64,000 nucleotides of DNA from Anaerolineae bacterium (GTDB taxonomy: Bacteria; Chloroflexota; Anaerolineae; B4-G1; DUEL01). Numbering within the stretch: the first letter of the stretch is position 1; the number at the start of each line of letters is the position of its first letter. The notes under the pieces were generated by a model that saw only the letters and a list, made by a program, of their open reading frames with translations, was not told the origin of the DNA and searched no databases. The translations under genes and the position numbers were made by a program. Location of the stretch: assembly GCA_041082215.1 (NCBI GenBank), contig JBDOIF010000093.1, positions 69,504-133,503 on the forward strand, read 5' to 3'. Below, one piece after another: positions 58,496 through 64,000 of this stretch.

Positions 58496-61012
58496 TCACC
58501 TGCCCAGCAGCGCATCCAGTTCACCCCTCAGTTGTTCCGCCGTCACCGGGCCGATGTGGACGAAAGCTACCTGCCCCTGAGGGTCAATGATAAAGGTCTC
58601 GGGAACACCCGTGATACCGTAGGCACGCGCGATCCGCCCGTCCAGATCCAACCCGATCCGATAGGTCAGACCCATGCGGGCAACCGTCGCGCGCACGAGT
58701 GATTCCTGATCCTGGTAGGCCAAACCGAGAAACACGGCCTCAGGCTGATAGGTTGAGGAGAGGGCTTCTTCGGGCGAGAGGCTGTACTCTGCCCAGAGGG
58801 ATTGAAGGATCGGCAGTTCCTCCTGGCACGGAGGACACCAGGTAGCCCAGAAGTTGACTACCGCCACGTTCCCCCGGAGATCGGAAAGGCGGAGCGCGGA
58901 GCCATCCAACAAGCTCAGCGTGAAATCCGGCGCTGGCTGGCCGGGAAGGGGCCGCCCGGTTTGCTGCGCCGACACCCCGTGCCCCGGCCCCCACATCGCC
59001 ACGCCAGCGGCGGTCAGGAGCAGAAACATCGCCAGCAGGGCCACCCCGTCCCGGACCGCCCGCCGTCGGGCCTGGGGCACAGAGAGGCGGACCGCCGAGA
59101 CAGGCCACACCGCCACAACCCCTCCGGCCAGGAAGACCAGCCCGCCCAGCCAGAGGAAGGCAGCCAGCGGGTTGACAAACATCTTCAACGTCGCGCTGCT
59201 TGAGCTGTATCCGGCCAGCACCAGGTAGAGGTCCTCCCGCAGCCCGGCCCGCACCGCCGGCACGCCCACCGTCTGGTCGGACCCGAAGTACAGGTCCAGA
59301 CGGGGCGTCAGCGTCGCCAGATACTCCCCATCCCGGTAGGCGGAGAGGTAGGCGTAGGTGCTGAAGTGGTCGCCGGCCTCCTCCTGCCGCAGGTCCTCAA
59401 AGATCAGCGTGTACCGGCCCACATCCACCACTTCGCCGGGGGAGAGGACCAGCTCCGTCTCAAAGGGGTACATCCGGGTGCCGATGATCCCCACTGCCAT
59501 CAGCACCACGCCGATATGGACCAGATAGCCGCCGTACCGGCGTTGATGGTGTCGAATCAGGCTCCATACCGCCCGAAGAAGGTCCTCTTTCTCCCGCCTG
59601 CTGCGCGCCGCCACCCCCTGTGCGATCTCGGCCACCGCCGTTCCCCCCGCCAGGCCCACCAGCCCGAAGCCCAGAAGGGAGGTCCAGTGGTTGAGGCCAT
59701 CCGCCACAGCCAGGAGGACCGCCAGCGCCGCCCCTACCAGCGCCGGCCATCCCCGGCTCCGCAGCCGTGTCAGCGCCTGAGCCGCGCGGCCGAAGAGGGG
59801 GCAGAATCCCAGAACCAGCACCAGCGCGGCAAATTGTGGCCCCGTCACCCGGTCGAACCACTCGGGACCGGCCTCAAACCGTTGCCCGGTAAGGGCCTCG
59901 GTGAGCGTTGGCAGCGTGCTGCCCACCAGCACCGACCCGGTGAGGGTGAGGAAGAGCACCAGGGCGAGGAAGAACAGCCCCTCCCGCGAGAGGAACCCAT
60001 CCATCGAACGCGGATCGCTCAGAAGCGAGCGGCGGGTATAGAGCAGCGCCAGCGACCCGACCAGCGTCACGCCGATGAAGGCGAGGAAGTAAGGGCCGAG
60101 GGGAGAGCGGCCAAAGGCGTGGACCGACTGGATCATCCCGCTGCGGGTGGTGAAGGTGCCGAACAGCACCAGCACAAAGGAGAAGATAACCAGAAGCAGG
60201 TTCCACACGCGGAAGCCTTTGCGTTCCTCCTGCATCACCCCGCCGTGGAGGAGGGCGGTGGCGGTCAGCCAGGGCATCAGCCCGGCGTTCTCCACCGGGT
60301 CCCAGCCCCAATACCCCCCCCACCCCAGCACGTCGTAGGCCCAGCGGGCCCCCAGAAGCAGCCCCAGCCCCAGGAAGAGCCAGGAAGCCAGCGTCCAGCG
60401 GCGGGCCATCTGGGTCCAGCCCTCAACCTCCCGCGTGATCAGGGCGGCCATGGCGAGGGCGAAGGGGACCGCCAGCCCCACGTATCCCAGGTAGAGGGCG
60501 GGGGGATGGAAGATCATCCCCGGATGGCGGAGCAAAGGGTTCAACCCCTCCCCGTCGGCCGGAACCCTGTCCAGGAGCGCAAAAGGGTTGGAGAGGAAGA
60601 GGGTTACCCCCACGAAGAAAGCGGTGATGAGGCTGAGAAGGATCGCCGTCCACCCCCTGTGATCATCCAGGCTCCCCCGCACCACCAGCGCGGCGAACAG
60701 CGCCTGGAGAAACGACCAGAGGAGGAGCGAACCCTCCTGGCCCGCCCACAGGGCCGACGCCTTCAGATAGAGGGGAAGGTCCCGGCTGGAATGCTGGGCG
60801 ACATACCGGACCTCAAACTGATCGCCGAGAAAGGCGGCCAGGAGGAGCAGGAGCGCCAGGCCGAGCAGGCTGGCGGCGGCGTAGATGCCGTTGTGACCGC
60901 TGCGCGCCCAGCGGGGGTCGGTGCGGCGGATGGACTTATATACAGCGAAGGCCGCGTAGAGGGCCGCGGCCAGCGCCAGACCGACAACAGATGTCCCCAC
61001 CTCCGCCAGCAT
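58496..61012 (-). CDS. ccmF: Heme lyase CcmF fused to a TlpA/CcmG-like thioredoxin domain
   Basis: WAGQEGSLLLW, HPP, WGGYWGWDPVEN, RSG..QSVHAF; C-term APDFTL, VVNFWATWCPPC, GVPETFIID. Confidence 0.92.
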   Translation of the reverse strand: MLAEVGTSVVGLALAAALYAAFAVYKSIRRTDPRWARSGHNGIYAAASLLGLALLLLLAAFLGDQFEVRYVAQHSSRDLPLYLKASALWAGQEGSLLLWSFLQALFAALVVRGSLDDHRGWTAILLSLITAFFVGVTLFLSNPFALLDRVPADGEGLNPLLRHPGMIFHPPALYLGYVGLAVPFALAMAALITREVEGWTQMARRWTLASWLFLGLGLLLGARWAYDVLGWGGYWGWDPVENAGLMPWLTATALLHGGVMQEERKGFRVWNLLLVIFSFVLVLFGTFTTRSGMIQSVHAFGRSPLGPYFLAFIGVTLVGSLALLYTRRSLLSDPRSMDGFLSREGLFFLALVLFLTLTGSVLVGSTLPTLTEALTGQRFEAGPEWFDRVTGPQFAALVLVLGFCPLFGRAAQALTRLRSRGWPALVGAALAVLLAVADGLNHWTSLLGFGLVGLAGGTAVAEIAQGVAARSRREKEDLLRAVWSLIRHHQRRYGGYLVHIGVVLMAVGIIGTRMYPFETELVLSPGEVVDVGRYTLIFEDLRQEEAGDHFSTYAYLSAYRDGEYLATLTPRLDLYFGSDQTVGVPAVRAGLREDLYLVLAGYSSSSATLKMFVNPLAAFLWLGGLVFLAGGVVAVWPVSAVRLSVPQARRRAVRDGVALLAMFLLLTAAGVAMWGPGHGVSAQQTGRPLPGQPAPDFTLSLLDGSALRLSDLRGNVAVVNFWATWCPPCQEELPILQSLWAEYSLSPEEALSSTYQPEAVFLGLAYQDQESLVRATVARMGLTYRIGLDLDGRIARAYGITGVPETFIIDPQGQVAFVHIGPVTAEQLRGELDALLGR

Positions 61013-61497
61013 CAGGGCCCCTCCACCTGAGCTGGAATCTCTTCTTCATAGCGGGTGGGGCATTTGAGGAGCACCTCATCGGCGTAGAAGCGGCCATCCT
61101 CCCCCAACCGGCCGCGCATGATGGCCTGGGCCTCATGCTGGAGGAGGTCCGGCTTGACGTCGTTATAGACCACCTCCAGGCGGGGAGCGTCAGGGTTATT
61201 GACGGCGGCGTGCAGCACGGCGGCCAGCCCTCCGGCCCGCTCCACCTCTTTGGGGTCGCCCGGCACCTGGACGACGGTGAAGGTCACCTGCGGCTTCGAC
61301 GCATCGTAGACAATGGTATCTCCCAGCACAGCGCCGGAGACGGTTACATTCCGCCCCACGGCCTCATCCCCCATCGCCAGAAGCTCCTCGACGGTGAGAA
61401 AGTAGTGGGCTGTGCTGCCGGTGCTGGAGACGATCAGATAGACCACAGCCGCCACGATGAGCAACCCGGCGATGACGAATTTCGTCTTCCCTTCCAT
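61012..61497 (-). CDS. ccmE: Heme chaperone CcmE, Cys (CxxxY) variant
   Basis: N-terminal TM, YFLTVEEL, KPDLL, VLLKCPTRY. Confidence 0.88.
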   Translation of the reverse strand: MEGKTKFVIAGLLIVAAVVYLIVSSTGSTAHYFLTVEELLAMGDEAVGRNVTVSGAVLGDTIVYDASKPQVTFTVVQVPGDPKEVERAGGLAAVLHAAVNNPDAPRLEVVYNDVKPDLLQHEAQAIMRGRLGEDGRFYADEVLLKCPTRYEEEIPAQVEGP

Positions 61498-61530
61498 ACT
61501 AACCCCATCCCGCCAAACCGATGTGTCCTG

Positions 61531-61559
61531 ACTATACCACGAAGGGGGAGGGAAGTCAA
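61531..61559 (-). promoter_or_regulatory. Promoter of the ccm operon
   Basis: TTGACT-17 nt-(TGG)TATAGT. Confidence 0.75.
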
Positions 61560-61800
61560 TTTCCACCCCCAGCAGGGGTGCATTTCAGTTTGGTGACGAG
61601 TTACACGTTAGTTTTGCCCACCTGATGGTGGTTTGATCCCTCACCCCTCCCCCTACCCCCTCCCGGTGGGGTGAGGGCCACCCCCGCTGCAGGGGAGAGA
61701 AACCCCGCTACCCCAATCGCCCGGAATGTGCTATAACAGCACCCTGTAACGGGATTGAGAGGGTCCCGATTATGGAGACCATTCGAGCAGGAGAGAAACG

Positions 61801-63594
61801 ATGAAGCGACTCCTTTCCGGCAACGAGGCGATCGCTCTGGGGGCCTGGGAGGCAGGGGTCCGGTACGCTACCGCCTACCCCGGCACCCCCTCCACCGAGG
61901 TTCTGGAGAATCTGGCCCAATATGCTGGTGTCAGGGCGGAGTGGGCGGCCAACGAGAAGGTGGCTCTGGATGCGGCGGCCGGGGCGGCCTTCGGCGGGGC
62001 GCGGGCGCTGGCAGCGATGAAGCACGTGGGGGTCAACGTCGCCGCCGACAGCCTCATGTCCCTCTCCTACACCGGCGTCCGCGGCGGGCTGGTGCTGGTG
62101 AGCGCCGATGACCCCGGCGCCTTCTCCTCCCAGAACGAGCAGGATAACCGCCAGTACGCCCGCTTCGGCAAGTTTCCCTGCCTGGAACCCTCCGACAGCG
62201 AGGAGGCCCGCCAGTTCACCCGCCTGGCCTTCGACCTGAGCGAACGGTTCCAGTGCCCGGTGATGGTCCGCTCCACCACCCGCCTCTCCCACTCCAAGTC
62301 CCCTGTCGAGGTGGAGATGCCAGGGGAGCACAGACAGCAGGAACCGCTCCCCCCCTTCGAGCGCCATCCGGACCGTTACGTCATCATCCCCGCCGTCGCC
62401 CGCCGCCGCCATCCGGAGATCGAACAGCGGCTGCTGGCGATCGCCGAGTGGGGGGAGACCGCCCCCCTCAACCGTATCGAATGGGGAGATCGTTCGCTGG
62501 GGATCATCACCTGCGGGATGGCCTACCAGCACGTCCGGGAGCTTTTTGCAGGGTACTCCATCCTCAAACTGGGGATGGTCCACCCCCTGCCCGGGCGGAT
62601 GATCCGCGAGTTCGCCGCGCAGGTGGAGCGGCTGGTGGTCGTGGAGGAGCTGGACCCCGTCATCGAGGAGCAGGTGCGGGCGATGGGGATCGAGGTGGCA
62701 GCGGGAAAGGAGTTCTTCCCCCTCTGCGGCGAGTTCACGCTGGAGAAGGTGCGGCAGGCAGCGCTGAAGGCGGGGCTGCCCGTCGCGCCGATGCCGGAGC
62801 AGGTGGAGCCGCTGACGGAGCCGGTCGTCCCGCCGCGCCCGCCCGCCCTCTGCCCCGGCTGCCCCCATCGGGCCTTCTTCTACAACCTGCGCCGCTGGCG
62901 GAAACAGGCCGTCTTCTCCGGCGACATCGGCTGCTACTCTATGGGCTTCCTCCCCCCCTTCGACGCGATGGATATGCTGATCTCGATGGGGGCCAGCATC
63001 GGGATGGCCCACGGCCTCAAGCAGGCGGGGGCGCAGGAGAAGGTGATCGCCATCATCGGCGATTCCACCTTCTTCCACGCCGGCCTCTCCCCCCTCGCCA
63101 GCACCGTCTACAACCGGGGCAACATCGTCGTGGCGGTGCTGGATAACCGGATCACGGCGATGACCGGCGGCCAGCAACACCCGGGCACCGGCATCACCCT
63201 CCAGGGAGAGGAAGGCAGACGGATCGAGATCGCGCCGGTGGCCCGCGCGATGGGAGTGGAGCACATCTGGGAGGTGGATGCCTGGGACGTGAAGGAGATC
63301 GGTCGGGCCCTGCGGGAGGCAATGGCGGTGGAAGACGGCCCCTCCGTCGTGGTGGTCAGGGGCGCCTGCGTCTTTACCCCATACTTCCAGCAACGGCCGG
63401 TGGTGGCGGTGGACCTGGAGACCTGCACCGCCTGCGGGACCTGTTTCCGGGTGGGCTGCCCCGCCATCCTCAAGAGCGAGGTCATAGACGAGCGAGCGAA
63501 CAAACCGAAGGCGACCATTGACCCGCTCCTCTGCACCGGCTGCACCGTCTGCCTGCAGGTCTGCCCTGTGGGAGCGATTTACGAGACGGGGTGA
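61801..63594 (+). CDS. iorA: Indolepyruvate:ferredoxin oxidoreductase alpha subunit
   Basis: LLSGNEAIA, YPGTPSTE, MKHVGVNVAAD, SSQNEQD, RPPALCPGCPHR, GDIGCY, IGDSTF, two C-terminal Fe-S motifs. Confidence 0.95.
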   Translation: MKRLLSGNEAIALGAWEAGVRYATAYPGTPSTEVLENLAQYAGVRAEWAANEKVALDAAAGAAFGGARALAAMKHVGVNVAADSLMSLSYTGVRGGLVLVSADDPGAFSSQNEQDNRQYARFGKFPCLEPSDSEEARQFTRLAFDLSERFQCPVMVRSTTRLSHSKSPVEVEMPGEHRQQEPLPPFERHPDRYVIIPAVARRRHPEIEQRLLAIAEWGETAPLNRIEWGDRSLGIITCGMAYQHVRELFAGYSILKLGMVHPLPGRMIREFAAQVERLVVVEELDPVIEEQVRAMGIEVAAGKEFFPLCGEFTLEKVRQAALKAGLPVAPMPEQVEPLTEPVVPPRPPALCPGCPHRAFFYNLRRWRKQAVFSGDIGCYSMGFLPPFDAMDMLISMGASIGMAHGLKQAGAQEKVIAIIGDSTFFHAGLSPLASTVYNRGNIVVAVLDNRITAMTGGQQHPGTGITLQGEEGRRIEIAPVARAMGVEHIWEVDAWDVKEIGRALREAMAVEDGPSVVVVRGACVFTPYFQQRPVVAVDLETCTACGTCFRVGCPAILKSEVIDERANKPKATIDPLLCTGCTVCLQVCPVGAIYETG

Positions 63595-63655
63595 CCCGGT
63601 GACCAGATGACTGGCCATTGATCATTGGCTATTAACCCAACGTGAGGTATGCAGG

Positions 63656-64000
63656 ATGCAGAAGAACTTCCTCTTCGTCGGCGTCGGGGGGCAGGGGGTG
63701 CTGACCGCCTCCGATATCGCTGCCCAGGTGGGGATTGACCTGGGGCTGGAAGCGAAGAAATCGGAAATCCACGGCTTCGCCCAGCGGGGCGGCGTGGTGG
63801 AAAGCCACGTCCGATGGGCTCCCCGCGTAGGCTCCCCCACCTGTGAAAAAGGGACCGTGGACGTGCTGGTGGCGTTTGAGCTTCTGGAGGCGGCCCGCTG
63901 GATCGAGTGGCTCCGCCCCGGCGGCACAGTGCTGGTCAACGACCAGAAGATTACGCCGATGTCGGTGAGCGTGGGGGACGCGGTCTACCCGGATCGGGAG
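63656..64000 (+). CDS. iorB: Indolepyruvate oxidoreductase beta subunit (partial)
   Basis: MQKNFLFVGVGGQGVL...SEIHGFAQRGGVVESHVR; runs off the right edge. Confidence 0.92.
   Translation, partial: MQKNFLFVGVGGQGVLTASDIAAQVGIDLGLEAKKSEIHGFAQRGGVVESHVRWAPRVGSPTCEKGTVDVLVAFELLEAARWIEWLRPGGTVLVNDQKITPMSVSVGDAVYPDRE

Noticed and set aside
61618..61705. ncRNA in the ccmE-iorA intergenic region
   Set aside because: The CCCTCACCCC...GGGGTGAGGG hairpin looks like a dispersed palindromic repeat; there is no other support.

Overview
GC-rich bacterial chromosomal segment. Gene content and protein styles suggest an anaerobic Chloroflexota (Anaerolineae-like) organism; this is inference, not a search result. 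Most of the window is core genome: partial rpsA, an OmpR-type two-component pair, ridA, gyrB carrying a 492-aa LAGLIDADG intein, iscS-mnmA, rpsB-tsf-pyrH-frr-uppS-cdsA, fbp, rho, two GT2 enzymes, phnDCE, gap-pgk-yvcK, rimO, rsmD, rel, a System I*-type ccm operon and iorA/iorB. No CRISPR array, tRNA, rRNA, transposase or prophage was seen. The best candidate for an undescribed system is 45263-54732. There a soluble GAF kinase and KdpE-like regulator, coupled to the end of the ccm operon, sit above a promoter with four phased OmpR-type half-sites. That promoter precedes a degenerate nucleotidyltransferase-like protein and glutamate dehydrogenase, followed by a PII-like/CBS fusion, an ArsB/NhaD transporter, an ATP-grasp-only PEP-synthase-like protein and a LOG-like protein. 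Other notable items: a glycoside-hydrolase/O-antigen-ligase fusion lacking both catalytic glutamates; a CcmF-thioredoxin fusion; a ~197-nt structured RNA upstream of rpsA; GTAG-type REP arrays, one of which appears to have removed the rsmD stop; and pervasive 7-8-nt tandem repeats, some inside genes. Domain calls come from motif recognition by eye; no HMM, BLAST or folding software was run.
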